Part shown: one piece after another, positions 36,662-46,082 of the stretch
Position numbering within the stretch: position 1 is the first letter of the stretch
How the letters are laid out: every line of letters begins with the position of its first letter
From: Terriglobia bacterium
GTDB taxonomy: Bacteria; Acidobacteriota; Terriglobia; UBA7540
Length of the DNA stretch: 46,082 nt
Reading direction: 5' to 3'
NCBI GenBank assembly: GCA_035691365.1
Contig: DASSJE010000504.1
Location: 1-46,082 of the forward strand
Made by a program: the position numbers and the translations under genes
The notes under the pieces: model-generated
Seen by the model: only the letters and a program-made list of their open reading frames with translations
What the model was told of the DNA's origin: nothing
Databases searched by the model: none

Positions 36662-37878
36662 TGAGCCACGAACAGATTGCAGAACTTGAAGAACGCAGGC
36701 TGGTTCCCACCTACAAACGCCTGCCCTTCCTGGCCGTTGATGGTGAAGGTTGCTATCTCATTGACGACCAGGGGAAGAGGTATCTTGATTTCCTGGGTGG
36801 CCTGGGAGTGAACGCCCTTGGGCATGCGCACCCGGAAATGATGGCCGTGCTGCGCGATCCGTCCGCGAACCTGCTTCACGTCTCCAATCTCATCTACCAC
36901 CGCTTTCAAGCCCCGCTGGCCGATCAGATCGCAAAACTCTCCGGCCTCGACCGGGTTTTCTTTGCCAACACGGGCACCGAAGCCGTGGAAGGAGCTCTCA
37001 AGCTGGCCCGGGCTTTCGGGCGCCTGCATTCCGAGGAACGGACGGGCATCCTGGCCGTGGAAAACTCCTTTCATGGCCGCACCATGGGCGCGCTGGCCGC
37101 CACCTGGCCGGAAAAATATCGCACGCCCTTTGAACCGTTGCCGGCCGGTGTAAAGTTTGTCCGTCAGGATGACATCAGTCATCTCAAGAGGAATTTTTCA
37201 CCCGACACCGCCGCATTGCTGGTCGAAGTGATTCAGGGCGAGGGCGGTGTGGTGGAACTAGACGAAGAGTTCCTGAAAACCGGCCAGGAGCTGTGCCGCG
37301 AGCACGGGGCTCTGTTCATCTGCGATGAAATCCAATGTGGCCTGGGGCGCACGGGAAGCTATTTTGCCTACCAGATGATGGGGCTTAAGCCGGACATCGT
37401 TCTGGTGGCTAAACCTCTCGCCGGAGGCTTGCCGCTGGCTGCCATTCTCGCCCGCAATGAGGTTGCACAGGCGTTCCATCCCGGCATGCACGGCACTACG
37501 TTCGGCGGCGGCCCGCTTCAGTGCCGCCTGGCCCTCAAATTCCTCGAAATTCTTCAGCGGCCGGAATTCCTGCAGCACGTCCGCCAGGTGGGCTCGCATT
37601 TTAAGAACCAGTTGTTCAATCTTCAGAAGGAACTGCCCGTCATTCGTCAGGTCCGCGGCCAGGGATTGATGCTCGCCGCGGAACTCTCAATCCCCGGTAA
37701 GGAAATCGTCCAGCAGGGCGTGGAAGCCGGTTTTCTTTTCAACTGCACACAAGAGAACGTTTTACGGTTTCTTCCTCCTCTGGTTATCCAGCGGCAACAA
37801 GTCGATGAATTAATCGACGTGTTGCGATCGATCTTAGCATCCGTCTCAAGCATGGAAAAAAAGGGGGTGCGCGCATGA
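36658..37878 (+). CDS. argD: Acetylornithine aminotransferase (class III PLP)
   Basis: FANTGTEAVEGALKLAR, SFHGRT, FICDEIQCGLGRTG and the lysine context VLVAKPLAGG are present. An ATGA overlap links it to argB. Confidence 0.93.
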   Translation: MMSHEQIAELEERRLVPTYKRLPFLAVDGEGCYLIDDQGKRYLDFLGGLGVNALGHAHPEMMAVLRDPSANLLHVSNLIYHRFQAPLADQIAKLSGLDRVFFANTGTEAVEGALKLARAFGRLHSEERTGILAVENSFHGRTMGALAATWPEKYRTPFEPLPAGVKFVRQDDISHLKRNFSPDTAALLVEVIQGEGGVVELDEEFLKTGQELCREHGALFICDEIQCGLGRTGSYFAYQMMGLKPDIVLVAKPLAGGLPLAAILARNEVAQAFHPGMHGTTFGGGPLQCRLALKFLEILQRPEFLQHVRQVGSHFKNQLFNLQKELPVIRQVRGQGLMLAAELSIPGKEIVQQGVEAGFLFNCTQENVLRFLPPLVIQRQQVDELIDVLRSILASVSSMEKKGVRA

Positions 37879-38834
37879 CGCCCGTCGTAACTATGGAAAA
37901 AAAAGAACTGCTCAGTGTCCATGATTTGGTCGCGGACCAGGACCTTAATACAAATGACGTCCGCCTGATTTTTGATCTCGCCCGGCGCGTGAAGGCGTCG
38001 CCCGCGTCTTATTCAAAGGCGCTCGCCGGCAAGCAACTGGCAATGATTTTTGAGAAGCCGTCGCTCCGCACCCGCGTGACCTTTGAAGTCGGCATGACCA
38101 GCATGGGCGGGTTTGCCATTTTCATGGACCACTCCAAGCCGCGGCTGGGGGAGCGGGAATCCATCAAGGACGTGGCCCGCAATCTTGACCGCTGGGTGGA
38201 CGGCATCGTGGCGCGCACTTTCTCCCACCAGTCGGTTGTCGAACTCGCCGAGAATGCCTCCATTCCCGTGCTGAATGCCCTGACGGACCTCCTGCACCCC
38301 TGCCAGGCGCTCGGCGACTACTTCACTCTCACGGAAAAGTTCGGCCGCGTGAAAGGCCTGAAGCTGGCTTTCATCGGCGATGGCAACAATGTGTGCCACT
38401 CGCTGATGCTGACCGGCGCCAAACTGGGCGCACACATTCGAGTCGCTACACCCTCAGGCTTTGAGCCCAAAACTGAAATGGTGGACCAGGCCAAAGCGCT
38501 GGCCCGCACGAGCGGTGGAAAGATCGAACTGTTCCGCAACCCGCTGGAAGCCGTTGCCGGCGCGCAGGCTGTTTACACCGACGTCTGGGCCAGCATGGGC
38601 CAGGAATACGCCGCCCACCTTCGCACCCAGGTTTTTGCTCCGTATCAGGTAACGGAAAATCTTCTACAGACAGCAGGCCCTGACGCCGTTTTCCTCCACT
38701 GTCTTCCGGCGCATCGGGGACAGGAAGTCACCGATGCTGTGATTGATTCGCCCCAGTCGCTCGTTTATGATCAGGCCGAAAACCGCCTGCACGTTCAGAA
38801 GGCGCTCCTCCTGCTGCTGATGCAGTCGCATTGA
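37875..38834 (+). CDS. argF: Ornithine carbamoyltransferase
   Basis: FEKPSLRTRVTFE, SHQSV and HCLPAHRGQEV are present. An ATGA overlap links it to argD. Confidence 0.95.
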   Translation: MTPVVTMEKKELLSVHDLVADQDLNTNDVRLIFDLARRVKASPASYSKALAGKQLAMIFEKPSLRTRVTFEVGMTSMGGFAIFMDHSKPRLGERESIKDVARNLDRWVDGIVARTFSHQSVVELAENASIPVLNALTDLLHPCQALGDYFTLTEKFGRVKGLKLAFIGDGNNVCHSLMLTGAKLGAHIRVATPSGFEPKTEMVDQAKALARTSGGKIELFRNPLEAVAGAQAVYTDVWASMGQEYAAHLRTQVFAPYQVTENLLQTAGPDAVFLHCLPAHRGQEVTDAVIDSPQSLVYDQAENRLHVQKALLLLLMQSH

Positions 38835-39400
38835 GCATGGCAATGGACCTTATCACGCAGATTCCACCGGAGGCGTTAGCGACGGTGGTCGAGTCGAGAG
38901 AGAACTCCAAGTTGCCGGTCCTCCGCAAGGCCCGCCCCGCTGATGTTCCCACGCTCTTCAAGCTGATCCACCAGTACGCGAACGAGGAAGTGATGCTTCC
39001 CCGCGCGCTCCCGGAACTTTATGAGAAAGTCTGGGAATTTACCGTGGCGGAAAAGGAAGGCCGGCTTGCCGCCTGCGGAGCACTCCGCTTGTACAACGAA
39101 GAAATCGCTGAGATCCGCTCTCTGTGCGTGGATCCTCAGCAGAAGACCGCAGGATTGGGCCGGGCGGTAACCCAGCAGTTGATGCGCGAGGCGAAGGAAC
39201 TAGGATTGAGAAGGGTCTTCGCACTCACGGTGGTCTCTGAATTTTTTGCCAAGATGGGTTTCTATCCCGTCGAGCGTGGCGCGCTGCCCCAGAAAGTCTG
39301 GCGTGACTGCCTGCAGTGTGAAAAGTACTTCCGCTGTGACGAAGTTGCCGTTGTGTTTGACCTTGCCAAACTTCCCGGCACAAGCGCCGAAGCCGGGTAG
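38831..39400 (+). CDS. GNAT N-acetyltransferase, probable short-form N-acetylglutamate synthase
   Basis: The GNAT acetyl-CoA motif is IRSLCVDPQQKTAGLGRAVTQQL. It is the last gene of the arg operon and overlaps the argF stop. The start is TTG at 38831, or ATG at 38837 or 38843. Confidence 0.7.
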   Translation: MSMAMDLITQIPPEALATVVESRENSKLPVLRKARPADVPTLFKLIHQYANEEVMLPRALPELYEKVWEFTVAEKEGRLAACGALRLYNEEIAEIRSLCVDPQQKTAGLGRAVTQQLMREAKELGLRRVFALTVVSEFFAKMGFYPVERGALPQKVWRDCLQCEKYFRCDEVAVVFDLAKLPGTSAEAG

Positions 39401-39405
39401 GCGCC

Positions 39406-41395
<1,990 letters not shown>

Positions 41396-41424
41396 TCAAA
41401 TCCGTTCTGAGGGGTAAAGGTTCA

Positions 41425-41453
41425 ATTCTAGTTGCCTTCCACGGGAGCGTCAA
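41425..41453 (-). promoter_or_regulatory. Candidate guaB promoter (TTGACG - 17 nt - TAGAAT)
   Basis: On the minus strand, TTGACG lies at 41453-41448 and TAGAAT at 41430-41425, about 40 nt upstream of the guaB ATG. Confidence 0.5.
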
Positions 41454-41746
41454 GGAAAGGCTCGGCAGTTTCACGGCATGTCGAACTTCTGAATGGAAAT
41501 CGTGAAGATTAGCGCTGGATATCAGGAGCGGACCCTGAAGGCAATACTTGCGCTGGCTGAGCCCCCGCCAGAATGTACGATAACGGAATGCCCCCTGTAT
41601 TCATCTGTTACTGGTTAACCCGGTACTTTGCTAAGACCTCTTTCCGTGGTAAAAGCAATTTGTGGGGAACCTTGGGGATGCTCAACCACATGTCCCTCTC
41701 ATCAACCACATCCTGACCCCGAGGGCAATTCCGGAAGGGGTTTTAA

Positions 41747-41935
41747 ATGTTCGTTTGGACCCATTGGCTGTTGCCTTTTGCTGTGGGCACTGTTTCAGGA
41801 TCGGTTCTCGTCTTCATGTATTTCAGGTCGCGGCTCAGAATTTACAGGTACCTCATTGAGGAACGCCTTTCCGAGGCGAATCAGCAGATACGTTATGCTC
41901 ACGCCTCGGCCCGCGAGCGAGCCGACGTGGCATGA
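41747..41935 (+). CDS. Possible small membrane protein (62 aa)
   Basis: GGAAGGGG lies 6 nt upstream of the ATG. There is one hydrophobic helix (WLLPFAVGTVSGSVLVFMYF) followed by a basic tail. I recognise no homology. Confidence 0.35.
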   Translation: MFVWTHWLLPFAVGTVSGSVLVFMYFRSRLRIYRYLIEERLSEANQQIRYAHASARERADVA

Positions 41936-42087
41936 AGTAAGACCAAGGGCTTGTCGATGTCTGAATCTACAGGCCCCCTCGCGCGCCCGCGTGAGGAAAT
42001 CCCGAATTCTTCCGCCCCTGGGCACTCCCGCGCTACCGTAAATCGCCTGGCGGTAATCTGGTTCGTTGTGAAGGTGTAATGCCTGCG

Positions 42088-42774
42088 CTATCCCGCTATT
42101 GGAGTGGCTGCGCTTCGCTCAATCAGTCGCTCAAGCAGTTCTACGCGGTGGGGAGGCGTGGCGCCTGCAACACGGCGTGCCTGCCGAAAAAGCATTCTGT
42201 CGGGAATGGCCGCCATCCCGTCAAGGGTATCGGCAGCAAACATCTGGGCCAGCCAGTCCCAGGCTTTGGCAAAGCCTGCCGCGTCCATACATTCCGCGAA
42301 GTCGCCGTTTGAGACGGCAAGAATCTCTTGCCACCGGCCAAGCACCTGCCGGTGCGCCTCCGCCGGATTCTCGGAATAACCGGTTTTGTCCAATGTGGCG
42401 GGGGCAGAGCGGTTCAGTCGATGGTTCACGTCTGCCAGCACAAAACTTCCCCAGACTTCCGGCAGGTGGACAACCACCTCACGAGGCAGCTTCAGCCCCG
42501 GATCAAACGCCGGGCAAGTGCACGACCAGAGCAACGCCATCAGCGCCTCGTCCACAAGGTTAGTCCGCACGGCAAGCGTCAATCCGATGCTCACCTGCGC
42601 CGGATCGCGGTGTTCCCTGAGGCAGGATTCCACGGGGCCAAGCAGTTTCTTCTCCGCCTGCCGGCGAAGGAAGTCGTAGGCGCAAATGGTAGTAGCCACC
42701 GTCCGGCGCCGGCGCTTGTCGAGCCTCGAAACCTTATACCAGAGCGGGTTTGAAAACTTGTCCAGCAGCCACAT
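42088..42774 (-). CDS. Hypothetical protein (228 aa), family not recognised
   Basis: This is the longest ORF in the interval and has non-shadow-like composition (W, D, E and L rich). The other frames are P/R/G-rich GC shadows. Confidence 0.55.
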   Translation of the reverse strand: MWLLDKFSNPLWYKVSRLDKRRRRTVATTICAYDFLRRQAEKKLLGPVESCLREHRDPAQVSIGLTLAVRTNLVDEALMALLWSCTCPAFDPGLKLPREVVVHLPEVWGSFVLADVNHRLNRSAPATLDKTGYSENPAEAHRQVLGRWQEILAVSNGDFAECMDAAGFAKAWDWLAQMFAADTLDGMAAIPDRMLFRQARRVAGATPPHRVELLERLIERSAATPIAG

Positions 42775-42957
42775 CGTTTTGCGCTTTTTACCCCCTCCTT
42801 TTTATGTGATGTTGGATCATTGGGCAACGGTTCCGATTCCAACCAGGCCCTGAAGAACGTTTTCAGAAATGGCGACAGGCGCGCAAGTGACGCGCCGTTA
42901 ATTGCAAACAAATACCCGGGCCGCCCGTAGGATACTGTTCATCCCGCATCGCCGCAA

Positions 42958-42993
42958 GTGGACAACCTGGAATAGACAACGTAAAGTGTCCAC
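42958..42993 (+). promoter_or_regulatory. Inverted repeat GTGGACA-N22-TGTCCAC abutting the acyl-CoA synthetase start codon
   Basis: The arms lie at 42958-42964 and 42987-42993. An internal direct repeat GACAAC occurs at 42961 and 42975. The GTG start follows at 42994. Confidence 0.3.
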
Positions 42994-44535
42994 GTGACCA
43001 GCCACGCGAACCAGCTTCCTCTGATTGCACGGGCCCTGCAGCATGCCGGCCGCGTGGCCGTGGTGGATGCGCAGGGTTCCTACACTTACAACGAACTTCT
43101 CGACGCTTCATCTCGAGTGGCGGCAGCGCTGCTGGCCGGGCACCGGGACCTGCAGGAAGAGCGCGTGGCGTTTTCGGTGACTCCTGGGTTCCGCTGGGTA
43201 GCGGCGCAGTGGGGAATCTGGCGGGCGGGCGGCATCGCGGTCCCGCTTCCGTTGGATTCGCCAAAGCCTGAACTCGATTACATCCTCGCCGACACCGGCG
43301 CCTTGACGTTGCTGTTCGGTGCCGAAGCGGAATCCCTGCTGGCCGCGATTGCCGCCGCACGCGGCATCCGCGCCTTGCCGTGTGACCGTGTTTTCACCTG
43401 CCAGCCGGCGGAATTGCCGGCCGTCAGCAGCGGCCGGCGCGCCATGATTCTCTACACCAGCGGCACCACGAACCGGCCCAAGGGCGTGGTGACCACTCAT
43501 AACATCATCGCGGCACAAATCACGACCTTGGTGGAGGCGTGGGAATGGCAGGCGGACGATCGAATACTTCTCTGCCTGCCGCTGCACCACGTTCACGGAA
43601 TTATCAACATTGTTTCCTGCGCGTTGTGGTCAGGCGCGGCCTGCGAGATGCTGCCGCGCTTCGATGCGAACGCGGCGTGGGAGCGCATTCACGACGGCGG
43701 GTTAACTCTCTTCATGGCGGTGCCCACCATTTATATGAAGCTCATCGCCGCATGGGAAGCGGCCCAACCTGAACGCCGCGATGCCCTCAGCCAGGCGTGC
43801 TCCAGATTGCGCCTGATGGTGTCCGGCTCGGCCGCGCTGCCGGCCGGCACGCTCGAACGCTGGAAGAAAATCAGCGGCCACACACTGCTGGAGCGCTACG
43901 GCATGACGGAGATTGGCATGGCCCTCTCCAACCCACTGCACGGCAGGCGCACGCCGGGCTCGGTGGGCACGCCGCTGCCGGGCGTCGAGCTGCGACTCGT
44001 GGACGAGCGGGGCCGGCCGGTTGCTCCAGGAACGCCGGGCGGAATCGAGGTGCGTGGCCCGAGCGTGTTTGCAGAGTACTGGGACAAGCCCGAGGCAAGC
44101 CGCGAAGCCTTCCGTGATGGCTGGTTTTGCACGGGCGACACGGCCGTTGTCGAAAACGGGGTCTATCGCATTCTGGGGCGGACGAGCATTGAAATTCTCA
44201 AGACGGGAGGACACAAAGTCTCTGCGCTGGAGATTGAGGAAGCGCTGCGCGCGCATCCCGCTATTGCCGAATGCGCGGTTGTAGGCGTGCCCGATGCCGA
44301 GTGGGGCGAGCGCGTCGCTGCGGCGCTGGTGCTGAAGGCCGGCGAGGCAATCGATCTGCCTTCGCTGCGCGCCTGGGCGAAAGAATTTCTCGCGCCCGAC
44401 AAACTGCCGTCACGGTTGCTGGTGCTGGATGCGCTGCCTCGCAATGCGATGGGGAAAGTGACGAAGCCCGCGCTGGCGGCGATGTTTCAAGCCGCAGGCG
44501 GCGCGCCGACAGGTCGGAACGCTCCGCAAAGCTGA
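42994..44535 (+). CDS. AMP-dependent acyl-CoA synthetase/ligase (ANL superfamily)
   Basis: ILYTSGTTNRPKGV is the AMP-binding motif I. Also present are YGMTE, GDTAVVENGVYRILGR and the C-terminal GKVTK lysine. Confidence 0.9.
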   Translation: MTSHANQLPLIARALQHAGRVAVVDAQGSYTYNELLDASSRVAAALLAGHRDLQEERVAFSVTPGFRWVAAQWGIWRAGGIAVPLPLDSPKPELDYILADTGALTLLFGAEAESLLAAIAAARGIRALPCDRVFTCQPAELPAVSSGRRAMILYTSGTTNRPKGVVTTHNIIAAQITTLVEAWEWQADDRILLCLPLHHVHGIINIVSCALWSGAACEMLPRFDANAAWERIHDGGLTLFMAVPTIYMKLIAAWEAAQPERRDALSQACSRLRLMVSGSAALPAGTLERWKKISGHTLLERYGMTEIGMALSNPLHGRRTPGSVGTPLPGVELRLVDERGRPVAPGTPGGIEVRGPSVFAEYWDKPEASREAFRDGWFCTGDTAVVENGVYRILGRTSIEILKTGGHKVSALEIEEALRAHPAIAECAVVGVPDAEWGERVAAALVLKAGEAIDLPSLRAWAKEFLAPDKLPSRLLVLDALPRNAMGKVTKPALAAMFQAAGGAPTGRNAPQS

Positions 44536-44588
44536 GCGGAGCAGGAAGAGCGGAAACCTGAAGGCTGATGATTCACGGCTGGCAGTAA

Positions 44589-44624
44589 AGCGCGGATCCC
44601 GCCCCGCAGTGCGAGGTCCGCGCT
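44589..44624. terminator. GC-rich hairpin between convergent genes (possible bidirectional terminator, no U tract)
   Basis: AGCGCGGA-N20-TCCGCGCT, a perfect 8-bp stem, lies between the acyl-CoA synthetase stop and the TadG-like stop. Confidence 0.3.
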
Positions 44625-44637
44625 CTATGCGATCCGC

Positions 44638-45864
44638 TTAATTTGTGCGGATCAGCCGGATGGGGATGGGCGCCCCTGCCTGGGCAACCGTGGTGTTACT
44701 ACCAGCCGAGTCGCCGCAGTAGCTCACATTCAGAATCACCGCATCGATCATCTTGTCGCTCCCGTTTTTGTGCATATCCTGAATAAAAATCTGCATGTAT
44801 CCCTGGATCTGCACGTTCGTTCCTCCGGCCGGCAAAGCGCTCCCGTCATAAACCGGCACGGTAACGACGGAGGTGCTCTGGCTGTAATCGTAAAACACTT
44901 TTCCCCTCAGCGCGGGGTTCGGATTGTTGTATCCTCCCGTGATCGCGAAAGGCGGGCCCGTGGTTGTATCGATGGTATCCTGTCCGTGGTTGAGCCCGTC
45001 GGCGTCGGCATTGATCAGCATATCGGTCCCCTGCGCAACCCCGCCCACGCTACTTCCGTTGGCGGTGGGCAGATAATCCCCGCAGGCGTAAATCGCGGGC
45101 GTGCACATGGCGATGTGGTCCCGAATAGCAGAGGCGCTTGATGCGGCCGCATCCGCAAAGCCCGCCAGATACCACTGGCTGGGACCGCCAGCGCTGTGAA
45201 GCGTCCAGGGCATGCCCTGCACTCCGGCTGAATAAAGTCCCGGGTTTAAGAGCTGATTAGATACGCCAGGCTGAAAAAAGTAGCCCTGGCCTGCAGTCGC
45301 ACAGCTAGTGTTGGGACTGCCCATGTGAACCGGGTCGCAGTTGGGAAGCAGGAAGGGCTTCACGCAAGTCGCGCCCAGTTTTGTGTTGCTGTCGCCCGCC
45401 TGGTTGTAAGCTTCAGCCGTTGCTTTGGCGCTGACGTTTACCGTCTGGATGCCAAACACCTTGGCGAAAAATGTTTCCACCGGGCTCCCCGCCGTAACGG
45501 TGATTTGCGGCTCCTGGGCGGTGGGGTAGCTGAACACCACATTGCTTGCCGGGTCCACGACGGCGGGCTGCCCCGCAATATAGTTCTGTGCCGCCGCAGC
45601 CACGGCCTGTTGCGTCGCTACGGTCTCCTGGATTCCGCCCGGATTACAACCCCCCGTCGTGCATCCGGTGCTGATGAACGCCTGAGCGCCGGCCAGCGCG
45701 GCGGCATCTGCGGCCCGCTGGGCCTGCGCCCGCGCCAGGTACAGATTCACCAGGTCAATGGCGATGGCGGATACGGCCAGCATCATCACCAAGGCGGCGC
45801 CTGCCATCAACAATATCGAACCCTTCTCCGTCCCCATCCAACGTCGACTTTCCCCCCTCCACAT
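44638..45864 (-). CDS. TadG-like Flp pilus assembly protein (Tad N-terminal domain)
   Basis: GSILLMAGAALVMMLAVSAIAIDLVNLYLARAQAQRAADAAALAGA is the typical TadE/G-like N-terminal TM segment. An AGGAGGG SD precedes it. Confidence 0.75.
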   Translation of the reverse strand: MWRGESRRWMGTEKGSILLMAGAALVMMLAVSAIAIDLVNLYLARAQAQRAADAAALAGAQAFISTGCTTGGCNPGGIQETVATQQAVAAAAQNYIAGQPAVVDPASNVVFSYPTAQEPQITVTAGSPVETFFAKVFGIQTVNVSAKATAEAYNQAGDSNTKLGATCVKPFLLPNCDPVHMGSPNTSCATAGQGYFFQPGVSNQLLNPGLYSAGVQGMPWTLHSAGGPSQWYLAGFADAAASSASAIRDHIAMCTPAIYACGDYLPTANGSSVGGVAQGTDMLINADADGLNHGQDTIDTTTGPPFAITGGYNNPNPALRGKVFYDYSQSTSVVTVPVYDGSALPAGGTNVQIQGYMQIFIQDMHKNGSDKMIDAVILNVSYCGDSAGSNTTVAQAGAPIPIRLIRTN

Positions 45865-45873
45865 GGATCCCTC

Positions 45874-46082
45874 CTAATTTGAAGTTACGATGTTTTTCAT
45901 AACCGCGGTCTCGGTTAAGGTGTTTGGTAAAGCCAGATTGGACCCTGGAACGAGCAGCTTGATCACGTTGTTAAAAGCCCAGGTGTAGGGGTAAGTGAGG
46001 ATCACCTGGGTCCCTGTCTGGGGATCGCCGGTCGATGTCGTGTAATTGTACTGGTGATTGATCGTCAGGCTGATGCCATTTC
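45874..46082 (-). CDS. C-terminal part of a hypothetical, possibly TadE-like, protein; the 5' end lies outside the window
   Basis: The open frame reads ...NGISLTINHQYNYTTSTGDPQTGTQVILTYPYTWAFNNVIKLLVPGSNLALPNTLTETAVMKNIVTSN*. Its TAG overlaps the SD of the TadG-like gene. The family call rests only on context. Confidence 0.4.
   Translation of the reverse strand, partial: NGISLTINHQYNYTTSTGDPQTGTQVILTYPYTWAFNNVIKLLVPGSNLALPNTLTETAVMKNIVTSN

Overview
A 46-kb, high-GC, densely coding chromosomal segment from a diderm-type bacterium (LpxB, an MltD-like enzyme and Tad pilus genes are present). The taxon cannot be fixed from sequence alone. I support about 44 CDS and saw no rRNA, tRNA, CRISPR array, transposase or integrase. 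Most of the content is housekeeping:
- folP.
- An ECF sigma / ZAS anti-sigma pair next to a glutaredoxin-like gene.
- An F1Fo ATP synthase operon (b'-b-delta-alpha-gamma-beta-epsilon) that lacks the a and c subunit genes.
- A cytokinin-dehydrogenase-like FAD oxidase.
- A 2-oxoacid dehydrogenase cluster (lpdA-lipB-E1alpha-E1beta-E2).
- A LysM-containing lytic transglycosylase.
- A heterodimeric ABC exporter translationally coupled to lpxB.
- An M1-aminopeptidase homolog with a degenerate zinc site.
- A macro-domain protein, Mug and a C26 amidotransferase.
- A tightly coupled arginine operon (argC-B-D-F plus a short GNAT).
- guaB, an acyl-CoA synthetase and TadG/TadE-like genes at the right edge.

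The best candidate for an undescribed system is the minus-strand cassette at 20473-22601. It encodes a short HipA-family-like kinase, a DUF3037-family protein and a tightly linked 78-aa protein. It has no HipB-type HTH partner and no recognisable effector. Directly upstream lies an unusual acidic/basic histone-H1-like gene.

Secondary items:
- An AT-rich island of phased ACGAACCCAA direct repeats upstream of folP.
- The degenerate M1 pseudo-peptidase.
- The asymmetric ABC exporter/lpxB coupling.
- A bacterial CKX-like oxidase.

All functional calls come from reading the translated ORFs and motifs by eye. No database search was run.
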